From NCBI GenBank assembly GCA_963666055.2, contig CAXWPH010000015.1, positions 1,792,001 to 1,856,000 of the forward strand: a stretch of DNA of 64,000 bases. The letters run 5' to 3'. A model generated the notes under the pieces. The model made no database searches. It was not told the origin of the DNA and saw nothing but the letters and a program-made list of their open reading frames with translations. The position numbers were made by a program, and so were the translations under genes. This stretch comes from Acidobacteriota bacterium (lineage in GTDB: Bacteria > Acidobacteriota > UBA890 > WLXD01). Shown in pieces: positions 1-9,586 of this stretch (position 1 is its first letter; every line of letters starts with the position of its first letter).

Positions 1-1292
1 ATCAGCTCGAAGACTCCGGCGCCAGCTTTCTGATCACCAACCCAGATTTCTTCGACCGGGCAGGCGCCGCCGCGCGAGCAGCCGGCGTTACGCAGCTCTA
101 CGTCTTCGGCGAGACCGAGGGCGCCACTTCGTTTGCCGAGCTCATGGTCTCCGAGCGGACAGCTTCGACAACGCCGCAAGAAGTACCGGCAGCGCAGATC
201 GACCGCCGCACCGATCTAGTGGTGCTCCCTTACTCCAGCGGCACCACCGGCCTTCCCAAGGGAGTGAAGCTGACCCATTACAACCTGATAGCGAACCTGC
301 AGCAGATCGCCGGGGTCGCACCGGGAAGCGACTACGCGGTGACCGAAGACGACACGCTGATCGGCGTGCTGCCGTTCTTCCACATCTACGGCATGATCAT
401 GATGCTCTACTCGCTGATGCGAGGCTGCACGTTGGTCGCCCTGCCGCGTTTCGACCTGGAGCACTTCCTGACCACGTTGGAGCGTTACAAGGTGACCTAC
501 ATTCACATAGTGCCGCCGATCGTTGTCCTGTTGTCAAAGCACGCCGCAGTCGATGAGTACTCCCTATCGCATCTGCGGCAGATAATCTGCGGCGCCGCAC
601 CGCTCGGCGAGGACGTCGCCACGGACGTCGCCAAACGCCTTGGTGTACCCGTCAACCAGGCGTGGGGAATGACCGAGCTCAGCCCTGTCGGGCACATGAA
701 TCCCGACCCACCCGAGATCATCGATACGTCCTCGGTCGGTCCGTGCGTTCCCAACGCCGAGTCCAAGATCATCGATGTCGACAGCGGCGAGATCCTGGGG
801 CCGAACGAACGTGGCGAGCTCTGCCAGCGCGGTCCGCATGTCATGGTCGGATACCTCAACGCGCCCGAGGCCACGGCCCACTGCATCGACGAGGAGGGGT
901 GGCTGCACACCGGCGATATCGCCTATGCCAACGACGCCGGCTACGTCTGGGTAGTGGATCGCGCCAAGGAGCTCATCAAGTACAAGGGCTTCCAGGTGGC
1001 GCCGGCTGAGCTCGAGGCGCTGATTCTGACCCACACCTCGGTGGCCGACGTGGCGGTGATCGGCGTCCCAGACGAGGAAGCCGGCGAGCTTCCGAAGGCC
1101 TTCGTGGTCACCAAGGACGTCCCGCCCGACGACGCCAACGACCAGCTGGCGGCGGATATCCAGAGCTTCGTCGCCGAACAGGTGGCGCCCCACAAGAAGA
1201 TCCGCACCATCGAGTTCATCGACGCTATTCCGAAGTCGGCGTCGGGAAAGATCCTCCGCCGTGAATTGGTCGAGCGGGAGCGTGCCAGGTGA
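1..1292 (+). CDS. 4-coumarate--CoA ligase-like AMP-binding acyl-CoA synthetase (5'-partial)
   Basis: Frame open from the window start; motifs PYSSGTTGLPKG, WGMTELSP, GELCQRGP, GWLHTGD, PKSASGKILRR. Confidence 0.9.
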   Translation, partial: QLEDSGASFLITNPDFFDRAGAAARAAGVTQLYVFGETEGATSFAELMVSERTASTTPQEVPAAQIDRRTDLVVLPYSSGTTGLPKGVKLTHYNLIANLQQIAGVAPGSDYAVTEDDTLIGVLPFFHIYGMIMMLYSLMRGCTLVALPRFDLEHFLTTLERYKVTYIHIVPPIVVLLSKHAAVDEYSLSHLRQIICGAAPLGEDVATDVAKRLGVPVNQAWGMTELSPVGHMNPDPPEIIDTSSVGPCVPNAESKIIDVDSGEILGPNERGELCQRGPHVMVGYLNAPEATAHCIDEEGWLHTGDIAYANDAGYVWVVDRAKELIKYKGFQVAPAELEALILTHTSVADVAVIGVPDEEAGELPKAFVVTKDVPPDDANDQLAADIQSFVAEQVAPHKKIRTIEFIDAIPKSASGKILRRELVERERAR

Positions 1293-2752
1293 CCGGGCAA
1301 ACGATCGCCGAACAGGCACGCGCCGAAAAGAGCAAGCTCAAGAAGGTCATGGGACCCCGCGACCTGGTGCTCTTCTACATCGCCTGCATCGTCACCATGC
1401 GCGTTGTGGCGCTATCGACGGAAAACGGTCCGAGCGTGCTGGTGCTCTGGGTGCTGGGCTTCGTCCTGTTCTATGTTCCGCAGGCGTTCACGACAATCGA
1501 GCTCACCGCCCGGCACCCCGAAGAGGGCGGTATCTACATCTGGGTGCAACGCGCCTTCGGCGATTTTCATGGGTTCATCACGGCGTGGTTTTACTGGGCC
1601 ACCAACCTCGTCTACTTCCCCGCCGCGCTGCTGTTCTCGGCCAGCAACGCCGCGTTCGTCATCCCGCGCTGGTCGTATCTGGCCGAACGCCCGGGCTTCC
1701 TCGCCGCGTATTCGGTCGTCGGGATCACCATCGTCGTTGTGGTCAACGTCCTCGGCCTCGACGTCGCCAAGCGCCTCCACAATGCCAGCGGCTACCTGAA
1801 CATGTGGGTGCCTGGGCTGATCGTCGTTGCGTTGGGCTTTCTCACATGGGTCAACTACGGCTCGGCAAACGAATTCTCGGCGCGCACCGTGACCCCCACC
1901 TTCGGAGGGCTCTCCGATCTCATCCTGCTGGCGGCGGTCGCCTACGGGTTCACCGGCCTCGAGTCGGCCTCGGTGATGAGCGAAGAGGTGCAGGACCCCA
2001 AGCGCAACGTCCCCCGAGCGCTCGCCATCGCCGGCGTGATGATGCTTGGCATGTTCATCCTGATCTCCTGGGCGATTCTGACGGTGCTCCCGGTGGATCA
2101 GGTGACCGGCCTGACCGGGCTGACCGACACGGCTCGAGTTGCCGGCACGAGGCTGGTCGGCTCCACGATGGGCGGCTTGCTGGGCTCGCTGGTTGCGCTC
2201 TGCCTGTGTATCGCAGCGATCGGCACGGTAAGCGCCTGGATGGCTACCTGCGCCCGGCTGCCATTCGTCGCCGGCCTCGACCGCTATCTGCCGAAAGCCT
2301 TTGGAACCTTGCACCCGAAGTACGCCACCCCGCACGTCTCGGTGATCACGCTCGGCGTCGCCACGGCGGTATTGATCATCCTCGGCAGCATGGGCGGCAC
2401 GGCGCAACAGATCTATCGCATCTTCATCAGCCTCGAGATCGTCGTCTACTTCATCCCGTTCATGTACATGTTCGCGGCGCTGCTGGTCATGCAGCGGCAC
2501 CCGGCAGCCGAAGGCATCCAGCGCGCGCCGTTCGCACCCTATGGCGCCTACCTCGCCGGCGGTACGGGCTTCGTGGTAACCGCTGCGTCGCTGGTTTTCG
2601 CCCTCATCCCGGGCAACAGCGTTGCCGACCCGACGTTCTTCTACATCACCGTCTTCGGAATGCTGGCGCTGCTGACCGTCCTCGGCGTAAGCCTCTACGC
2701 CAACGGCATGCGACGCCGGCGGCGCATCGAGACGGTGCCCGAAGCGGTCTGA
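1289..2752 (+). CDS. APC-family amino acid/polyamine permease
   Basis: 487 aa with about 12 hydrophobic segments; GGIYIW, GLESAS..SEE, DRYLPKAF motifs; GTGA overlap with upstream gene. Confidence 0.88.
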   Translation: MTGQTIAEQARAEKSKLKKVMGPRDLVLFYIACIVTMRVVALSTENGPSVLVLWVLGFVLFYVPQAFTTIELTARHPEEGGIYIWVQRAFGDFHGFITAWFYWATNLVYFPAALLFSASNAAFVIPRWSYLAERPGFLAAYSVVGITIVVVVNVLGLDVAKRLHNASGYLNMWVPGLIVVALGFLTWVNYGSANEFSARTVTPTFGGLSDLILLAAVAYGFTGLESASVMSEEVQDPKRNVPRALAIAGVMMLGMFILISWAILTVLPVDQVTGLTGLTDTARVAGTRLVGSTMGGLLGSLVALCLCIAAIGTVSAWMATCARLPFVAGLDRYLPKAFGTLHPKYATPHVSVITLGVATAVLIILGSMGGTAQQIYRIFISLEIVVYFIPFMYMFAALLVMQRHPAAEGIQRAPFAPYGAYLAGGTGFVVTAASLVFALIPGNSVADPTFFYITVFGMLALLTVLGVSLYANGMRRRRRIETVPEAV

Positions 2753-2798
2753 GCATCACCGCCGCTTCCGGGCAACCCGGGAGATCGCGGCGCGGCGA

Positions 2799-4688
2799 CT
2801 AACCGGACAGTAGCTCGTGGACCGCTCGGTGCGCCTGACCGATGGCCTCTTCGGTCATGGCGATGGCACCCGCGTCTGAATTGGCGATGGAGATGCGACC
2901 GAACGGTCGGCGGCCGCGTACCCAGGTGCGCTTCTTTTCCGGCCACTCCTCGGTAGTCCAGTAGATGTCGCCGCTTTCCGGGTCGTATCCCCAGGCGTAG
3001 CCGTGCGGCCAGCGGTTGACGGTAATCGCCTCGATGTCGCGCGCCGGATCGAACCCGCCAGCCGACAGCATGCGGCCAAGCTGATCGCGGATCTCACGCT
3101 CGAAGGTCTCAAAGCTCGTGGTCAGCAGATTCCAACGACCCGCTTTCCACTGGTCGGCGATCGGCAGGCCCGGGCTGAGCGGCACACGCGTGAGCTGCAA
3201 CACCATGGGTTCCTCTGGCGTGCGCGGACACTCATAGGTGCCCATGCTCACCGGATCGCCGAGGCGTACGCCGGTGTGATAGCCACCCGGGCAGTGGGCG
3301 CTGTTCAGCTTCAGGTTGGCGAACGACGTCCAGTCACGCAGCAACACCCGCGTGTACACCAGCGGCGCCTTGAGCGCATACGACAGAGCCTTGCGTTGCG
3401 ACTCCGGCAGCTCCGGGCACAGATGCGGAATCACTGCGTTGTAGCAGGCCATCACGCACTGGCGTGCGTGCACGGTTTGGGCGACGTCGTTGCGCACATA
3501 AGTCACGTCGACAGTGTCGGCGCTCTTTGCATCCCCCACGTGTTCGACATGGACGGCGGTGCTGTTGAGTCGGATCCGTACCGCCGCCCCCTCACGATCG
3601 AGCATGGAGTAGTCGAAGCGAGCGGTGACGATGTCCTCCATGCCGCCGGCTGGGGCCACCTCGGGAATCATCGACCGCACCATCAGGCGAATGATCGATG
3701 CGTTGCCATCGGGGAACCGGAAGTACGCGCCGCTGCGCTGATGCGGCGCCAGGCCCAGCGCGTCGAGCCCCGGGTAGCCTGACCATATTGCCGGCGATAT
3801 CGGTAGCGATTCGATACCAGCGTTCCAGTAGCCGTGGCCGCGTGAGTGCAGGTACGGAAGGACCCCGGTGTCGACCTTGGCAAGGTCGAGCAGGAAATCC
3901 TGGTATGTCATGCCCTGCAGACGGGCCCGCTTTTCCTCGGGTGACAGGCCCTCCAGGTAGTCGATCCCACCCTCGTGCAGTCGGATCAGGTCCTTCTTGA
4001 CCTGCTCGGACAGCGGCGCGCCGGCGAGAAACTCCGGCCATGGCTTCGACCCCTGGCCTACCGCCAGATGATCGGCGCCGAACGTCTCGCGGTCGAAGAA
4101 CACCCCACGCTGCAACCCGAGCTTGCGGTAGATCTGCCGATCGACGTACTCGGAATAGCGCTCGGGCTCGATTCCCAGCGCGCTGATCAGCCCCTTGGCG
4201 GCCTCCCCGTATTGCGAGTAGTCCTCGATTTCCACGGTGCCGCCGTTCATCAACAGCATGCGGTCGCCGGAGATGAATTCGTTGCGCTTGGCGTGCCCGC
4301 CGAAGTCGTCGTGGTTGTCGATCACCAGGATCTTGGCGCCCGGGCCGGCCTCCTGGAGAAAGAAGTAGGCGGCAGCAAGGCCGCTCATCCCACCGCCTAC
4401 CACCACCAGGTCGTAGGTCTCGCCACTATCGGTGGGCTGCCAGCGCTTGCCATCACGCAGCGCGTGGGCGACATCGAACGAGCCCGGATGGCTGCCCCGC
4501 ATACCGGTGAGCGCCGGCGGGTAGTACTCAGCGCCTTGAACTGACGGCGCCGCTCCCTCTGAGGCATAGGCGCGCGCCTGAGCCCACGGGAAGAGCAGTG
4601 AGCCGGTAATCGCCACCCCGGCGCCGTCGATAAAGTCCCGGCGGCTTATCTTCCGCCCCATTCCTAACTCACCGTCGCGACGCTTCAT
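2799..4688 (-). CDS. Tat-exported FAD oxidoreductase, spermidine dehydrogenase (SpdH) family
   Basis: ATG at 4688 overlaps the upstream stop (ATGA); Tat ISRRDF; YYPPALTGMRGSHPGSF, VVVGGGMSG, DNHDDFGGHAKRNEF, ITVNRWPHGYA. Confidence 0.82.
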   Translation of the reverse strand: MKRRDGELGMGRKISRRDFIDGAGVAITGSLLFPWAQARAYASEGAAPSVQGAEYYPPALTGMRGSHPGSFDVAHALRDGKRWQPTDSGETYDLVVVGGGMSGLAAAYFFLQEAGPGAKILVIDNHDDFGGHAKRNEFISGDRMLLMNGGTVEIEDYSQYGEAAKGLISALGIEPERYSEYVDRQIYRKLGLQRGVFFDRETFGADHLAVGQGSKPWPEFLAGAPLSEQVKKDLIRLHEGGIDYLEGLSPEEKRARLQGMTYQDFLLDLAKVDTGVLPYLHSRGHGYWNAGIESLPISPAIWSGYPGLDALGLAPHQRSGAYFRFPDGNASIIRLMVRSMIPEVAPAGGMEDIVTARFDYSMLDREGAAVRIRLNSTAVHVEHVGDAKSADTVDVTYVRNDVAQTVHARQCVMACYNAVIPHLCPELPESQRKALSYALKAPLVYTRVLLRDWTSFANLKLNSAHCPGGYHTGVRLGDPVSMGTYECPRTPEEPMVLQLTRVPLSPGLPIADQWKAGRWNLLTTSFETFEREIRDQLGRMLSAGGFDPARDIEAITVNRWPHGYAWGYDPESGDIYWTTEEWPEKKRTWVRGRRPFGRISIANSDAGAIAMTEEAIGQAHRAVHELLSG

Positions 4689-5773
4689 TTGAGGAACAGC
4701 TCCCAGATCAGATCGCTGGCCGAGATGTCGCTGGTGGTGTAGGCGCCACCTTCCCGCTGGACGCCGCCCGGCCAAGTATGGCCACCGCCTTCGACGCGGT
4801 ACCACTCGGTGCTGGCCTCGCAGCCAGCCCACGAGAAGTGGACCACCTCATCGCTGACGGACTGCTCGATTGGCCCGCCCTCACAGCCATTGTGATCTGC
4901 CCACCTCTGCATCGCTTCGGGCACTGGTGGGTCGTTCCAGGGGTCGTCCGAGCCCTGGATGGGCACCACTGAGTCGGCGGTACCGTGGAAGTAGATGAAT
5001 GGCCGCGGCGGCGCGGCGCCGCACTCCGCCTCGTTGTAGTACATGTACGTGACCGGCCCGTAAGCGTTGAACGGACTGACGGGCAAGCAGGCCAGTGCCG
5101 AGACCATGTCGCCGCCGGCTGACATCCCGGTAGCGAAGAAGTCGCGGGTGTTGTACTCGCTCTGCAGGAGGTCGACGACCTCGAGGATGAAGTCGATGTC
5201 GAAATCCCTCTCCCGCAGATTCGCCTCCCACGCCCTGCCCCAGTAGCCCGCGAGCCTATGCGTGTCGTCGGGATAGACCCTGTTGTTGGCGTTGGGCATC
5301 ACGAGGATGACTCCATCGCGGTCCGCTTGCGCCATGAAGTCGCTGTAGGTGAACTGCGCCAGGGCGTTCGAGCCGGCGCCGTGGAAGCTGAAGACCACGT
5401 CGGCGAGCGTCCCTTCCTCGTAGCCAGCGGGCAGCCGGAGCAACCAGACGCGATCGGTGCCATCCGGAGCAGGGAGGGTGCGCTCCATATAGGGGCCCTT
5501 GAGGTCCCCCCCGGGGCCACTCAGGGAGCCCCCGGAGCCTCCTGAACCCTCGGGGCCTCCCGGCGCGTTTTGGGGGCCTCCGGAGCCTCCGGTAACGTCG
5601 TCGCCCGCCGGCTCGGCAGGCGTACCACAGGCAGTGAGGACGACGGCGGCGAGTAGCAGAGACCCATAGCGAAACACGCTGCGGAGGCCCACTGCGCTCG
5701 TCGGCCGTGCGCGGGCTCGACCCGTTGCGAGGGCGACCCTGTCCCGGATCCGGAAGAGATTGTCGAAACGCAT
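4685..5773 (-). CDS. PHB-depolymerase/LpqC-like alpha/beta esterase, probable lipoprotein
   Basis: FHGAG, GMSAGG nucleophile elbow, FHGTAD, GGGHTWPG; lipobox VLTAC followed by a Gly/Ser/Pro linker; start uncertain. Confidence 0.8.
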   Translation of the reverse strand: MRFDNLFRIRDRVALATGRARARPTSAVGLRSVFRYGSLLLAAVVLTACGTPAEPAGDDVTGGSGGPQNAPGGPEGSGGSGGSLSGPGGDLKGPYMERTLPAPDGTDRVWLLRLPAGYEEGTLADVVFSFHGAGSNALAQFTYSDFMAQADRDGVILVMPNANNRVYPDDTHRLAGYWGRAWEANLRERDFDIDFILEVVDLLQSEYNTRDFFATGMSAGGDMVSALACLPVSPFNAYGPVTYMYYNEAECGAAPPRPFIYFHGTADSVVPIQGSDDPWNDPPVPEAMQRWADHNGCEGGPIEQSVSDEVVHFSWAGCEASTEWYRVEGGGHTWPGGVQREGGAYTTSDISASDLIWELFLK

Positions 5774-5851
5774 CGGCTCACCTTAGGCGGATTGAGATCA
5801 ATGCAGGCAGTGTACTCCGGCAGCTTTGGCGGGCCGATATGCTGGGTGGCC

Positions 5852-6655
5852 ATGAGCCACGACGAGACAATGGACTACAACGACATCCTCGGCCTGTTGG
5901 AGCTGGTCTGGGGTGAGGGGTACATGTCGCCCGGCGGCCCGGTGGAGGTCGCGCTCCTCTTGGAGGGCATCGATCTGACGCGACTCGAGGTCCTCGACGT
6001 GGGCTGTGGCACCGGCGGTATCGACGTCGAGCTCGTCCGCAACCACGGCGCTGCCAGGGTTCTGGGCATCGACGTCGACCCGGCCTTGATCGAACGCGCC
6101 ATCGCCCGGGCCGAGCACGAGCGACTGACGCATCAGCTCGACTTCCGGACGGTGAAACCAGGGCCCCTGTCCGTTGCGGACGAATCGATCGACGTCGTCT
6201 TCAGCAAGGACGCCCTCCTTCATATTCCCGACAAGGCCCCATTCATCGACGATGTGTTCCGGGTGCTCCGACCGGGTGGGCGCTTCGTTGCCAGCGATTG
6301 GCTGTGTCGCGACGACGAGCCCCCGACGCCCGATATGCGCCACTGGATCGAAAGCGAGGGACTCGGTTTTTTTCCGGCCTCGCCCAGAGACTACGACGAG
6401 GCGTTCGCGGGAAGCGGCTTCGGTACCGGAGCACTGACCGACCGGAACCACTGGTATCGTGACCTCGCCCGCAACGAGCATGCCCGAATTGCGGCAGGCG
6501 GCGATCTGAACGAGCGGGTGCACGAGCTGCTAGGCGATGAGAACGCGAGGCGAGAGATCGAGGTATGGCGCGCGATGACCGTGGTGCTGGACAGCGGCGA
6601 GCTACGCCCGACCCACCTTCGCGCAGTGAAACCCGACGACCCCAGCCCACGCTAG
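5852..6655 (+). CDS. Class I SAM methyltransferase (phosphoethanolamine N-methyltransferase-like)
   Basis: WGEGYMSPGG, VLDVGCGTGG, DVVFSKDALLHIPDK, LRPGG; ATG at 5852 preferred as start. Confidence 0.82.
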   Translation: MSHDETMDYNDILGLLELVWGEGYMSPGGPVEVALLLEGIDLTRLEVLDVGCGTGGIDVELVRNHGAARVLGIDVDPALIERAIARAEHERLTHQLDFRTVKPGPLSVADESIDVVFSKDALLHIPDKAPFIDDVFRVLRPGGRFVASDWLCRDDEPPTPDMRHWIESEGLGFFPASPRDYDEAFAGSGFGTGALTDRNHWYRDLARNEHARIAAGGDLNERVHELLGDENARREIEVWRAMTVVLDSGELRPTHLRAVKPDDPSPR

Positions 6656-7876
6656 CGCCGCGTGCAGCAGGACATTGGCGCCGGCCTCGAGATCGTCAGG
6701 CTCGGCGTGCTCGGCTTCGTTGTGGCTGATCCCGTTCTCACAGGGCACGAAGATCATGCTCGTGGGTGCGACCCGGGAGACGTAAACCGCATCGTGTCCG
6801 GCACCGCTGACGATCTCCATCGCCGCGCAGCCGACGGCCTCGGCAGCTTGGCGCACCGCGGCGATACAACCGGAGTCGAACGCCACCGGAGCGGCGGACC
6901 AGATGTGGTCGATCGAATACTCCAGCCGAGCAGCGGCGGCCACTTCCGCGGCCGCCGCGCGCAGACCCGCATCCATCGCCTCGAGCTCGGCTTCCTCGGG
7001 GTGTCGAATATCGACGGTGAACTTCACACTCGCCGGAACCGTGTTTCGTGAGCCCCTGCCGGTGTGCAGCTCGCCTACCGTTGCCCGCCCCGACGGCGCC
7101 CGATCGGTTGCCAGCGCGTAGATCTTCGATAACAGCGCCGCGGCGCCGGCGAGCGCGTCGCGACGCATCTCCATCGGGGTGGGCCCAGCGTGCGCCTGGT
7201 CACCGGTCAGCACGACGTCGTACCAGCGCATGCCCTGCACGCCGGTGACGATGCCGACCGGCGTAGCAGCGCGCTCGAGAATCGGACCCTGCTCGATGTG
7301 CAGCTCGAAACACGCCCCCAGGGGGTGGTCGCCGACCGTCTCGTCGCCGCGGTAGCCGATCCGATCCAGCTCCTGGCCGATGGTCAACCCTTCGTGATCG
7401 GCGCGGCTCCAGGCGTACTCGAGGTCGAACACGCCGGCGAACGCTCCCGACGAGATCATCGCTGGAGGAAAGCGGGCGCCTTCCTCGTTGGTCCAGTTGA
7501 TCACCTCGAGCGCCGCCTCGGTCTGCACGCCGGCGTCGTTGAGCGTGCGTACTACCTCCAGGCCAGCAAGCACGCCGTAGGCGCCGTCGTACTTCCCACC
7601 GGTTGGCTGGCTGTCGAGATGGCTGGCCATGGCCACCGGGGGCAGGCTGTCGTCGGCGCCTGGACGACGGGCGAACATGTTTCCCATCGCGTCCACGGCG
7701 ACGCTGCAGCCGGCATCTGCGCACCAGCGGGCAAACAAATCTCGCCCTTCTCGGTCGCCGTCCGTCAGCGCCTGACGATCGACGCCACCCTTCGGGGTGG
7801 CTCCGATCGACGCCATCTCCATCAGGCTCGAAAGCAGGCGCCCACCGTCAACGCGCAGGCCGTCCGCCACGCTCAA
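6602..7876 (-). CDS. M20-family Zn hydrolase (N-carbamoyl-L-amino acid amidohydrolase / beta-ureidopropionase-like)
   Basis: SHLDSQPTGGKYDG, NEEGARF, ELHIEQGP, HAGPTPM, SGAGHDA, GISHNEAE. Confidence 0.92.
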   Translation of the reverse strand: MSVADGLRVDGGRLLSSLMEMASIGATPKGGVDRQALTDGDREGRDLFARWCADAGCSVAVDAMGNMFARRPGADDSLPPVAMASHLDSQPTGGKYDGAYGVLAGLEVVRTLNDAGVQTEAALEVINWTNEEGARFPPAMISSGAFAGVFDLEYAWSRADHEGLTIGQELDRIGYRGDETVGDHPLGACFELHIEQGPILERAATPVGIVTGVQGMRWYDVVLTGDQAHAGPTPMEMRRDALAGAAALLSKIYALATDRAPSGRATVGELHTGRGSRNTVPASVKFTVDIRHPEEAELEAMDAGLRAAAAEVAAAARLEYSIDHIWSAAPVAFDSGCIAAVRQAAEAVGCAAMEIVSGAGHDAVYVSRVAPTSMIFVPCENGISHNEAEHAEPDDLEAGANVLLHAALAWAGVVGFHCAKVGRA

Positions 7877-7936
7877 GGCGACCCCGGACCCGATTGCAGC
7901 AGCAGCGCCGAGGTCGCCAGAACCGAGAACACGCGA

Positions 7937-9109
7937 CTACGATCCGGCGCGCTGTTCGTGCGGACGCAACAGCATGCGCCCGATGATATGGCGCTGGATC
8001 TCGCTGGTCCCCTCCCAGATCCGCTCGACGCGAGCGTCGCGCCACATGCGCTCCAGCGGCAGCTCCGACACCAAACCCATGCCGCCGAAGATCTGTAACG
8101 CCTCGTCGGTCACACGTCCGAGCATCTCGCTGCTGTAGAGCTTTGCCATGGCGGCGTCTTGCTCGGTCATCGTTCCCTGGTCGTGCTTCCAAGCGGCTCG
8201 AAACGTCAGCAGCTCGGCCGCCTCGAGCTCGGTGGCCATGTCGGCAAGCTTGAACGACACGCCCTGGAAGCGGCCGATGGTTTGGCCGAACTGCTTGCGC
8301 GTGGCGGCCCACTCGGTGGCGATCTCCAGAGCACGCCGTGCTTTGCCAATGGAGTTCGCCGAGGTGCCGATGCGCGCCGCCGACAGCCAGGTATTGGCCA
8401 GATCGAATCCCTTGCCCTCCTCACCGAGCATCTTCGAGGCCGGAACGCGGCAGTCGTCGAAGAACAGCTCGCAGTGGTGGAAACCGCGAAGCCCTACGGC
8501 CTGGGAGCCACGGTGCCAGGTGAACCCCGGGGTGCCCTTGTCGACCAAGAACGTCGTAATGCGGGCCTTCGGGCCGCGCCGCGTCTCGTCGACCCCGGTG
8601 GAGACGAACAGGATGATGAAGTCGGCCACGTCGGCATAGGACGCGAAGTGCTTGGAGCCGTTGATTACCCAGTCATCGCCGTCCTGGACGGCGCGCGTGG
8701 TGATACCGCGAACATCGGAGCCGGCGTCAGGCTCGCTCATCGAGACGCAGTCGAAGCGCTCGCCGCGAATGCACGGCATGAGGTATTCCTCGATCTGCTC
8801 CGGCGTGCCCCCTTGCAGGATGTTGCTGGGGCGGTAGACCTCCCAGTGCAGCGCCAGGTTGGTGCGACCGAGCTCACGCTCCATCAGCATGTGAGTCACG
8901 GTATCGAGTCCACCGCCGCCCAACTCCTCGGGCATGTTGGCGGCCCAAAGCCCGGCGTCCATCGCCGCCTTTCGTATTTGCTGGCGCAGCTCGTCCGACA
9001 GCTCGCAGGTGCGCTCGACTTCCTCCTCGTGCGGAACGAGCTCTTTTTCGACGAAGGCGCGGACGGTCTCGACGACCATCTCCTGCTCATCGGATAGCTG
9101 GAATTCCAT
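7937..9109 (-). CDS. Acyl-CoA dehydrogenase
   Basis: MSEPDAGSD, WVINGSKHF, RKQFG, FGGMG, IWEGTSEIQR. Confidence 0.93.
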   Translation of the reverse strand: MEFQLSDEQEMVVETVRAFVEKELVPHEEEVERTCELSDELRQQIRKAAMDAGLWAANMPEELGGGGLDTVTHMLMERELGRTNLALHWEVYRPSNILQGGTPEQIEEYLMPCIRGERFDCVSMSEPDAGSDVRGITTRAVQDGDDWVINGSKHFASYADVADFIILFVSTGVDETRRGPKARITTFLVDKGTPGFTWHRGSQAVGLRGFHHCELFFDDCRVPASKMLGEEGKGFDLANTWLSAARIGTSANSIGKARRALEIATEWAATRKQFGQTIGRFQGVSFKLADMATELEAAELLTFRAAWKHDQGTMTEQDAAMAKLYSSEMLGRVTDEALQIFGGMGLVSELPLERMWRDARVERIWEGTSEIQRHIIGRMLLRPHEQRAGS

Positions 9110-9241
9110 GGCGTCACGCTTCCTTCAGCCTTTGATGGGCGTTGTCCGTCATCCTCTCGCGAGCACGGGGGGAGATTCCACGGTGCGCGGATGGTACCGG
9201 CCCCCCACCGCCGACGCGAACCGTGCGAGTATACGGAGCGC

Positions 9242-9521
9242 CTAGCAGGCCGTGGTGAAAGTGTGGTGGGTCTGGCGACAGGGTCTTGCGAAGTGGAGGC
9301 AAGGAGAGAGGAGGTAGGCGATGGTTACCCCATCGTTGACGAGGAACGACGCAGCATACGCGCGCAACCCCCTGTCGCCCGAAGGGTTACGGCGATTTGG
9401 GGCCATCTGCGGTGTTGGCCTTTCTCGACGATGGCTAGGGCATCGCCTGTGTCAGGCCGCCTTGCATCTGGCCCCAACTCGCCGTAACCAGACCCACCAC
9501 ACTTTCACCACGGCCTGCTAG
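9242..9521. mobile_element. 280-bp MITE-like element with 34-bp perfect terminal inverted repeats including terminal CTAG
   Basis: CTAGCAGGCCGTGGTGAAAGTGTGGTGGGTCTGG at 9242-9275 and its exact reverse complement at 9488-9521; intergenic; no transposase. Confidence 0.85.
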
Positions 9522-9586
9522 AGTCAGAATTCCCGGGAGGCGCGTGGCGCTTCCAGATCGAGCTTCGATCCGATCGCGAGCGACCG

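Noticed and set aside
1261-2802. Long alternative-frame and antisense ORFs (e.g. 1261-2802, 27522-29183, 32481-33926, 35456-36709)
   Set aside because: They shadow well-supported genes, have Arg/Pro/Gly-biased or motif-free translations, and are expected at high GC
4689-4832. N-terminal extension of the SpdH-like ORF
   Set aside because: It overlaps the esterase; ATG at 4688 gives ATGA coupling and a proper Tat leader
5500-5595. GGAGCCTCC-like short repeats
   Set aside because: They encode a Gly/Ser/Pro lipoprotein linker, not a DNA repeat element
5791-5802. ATTGA-GA-TCAAT palindrome between divergent genes
   Set aside because: Short, single copy and spaced differently from the TetR operators
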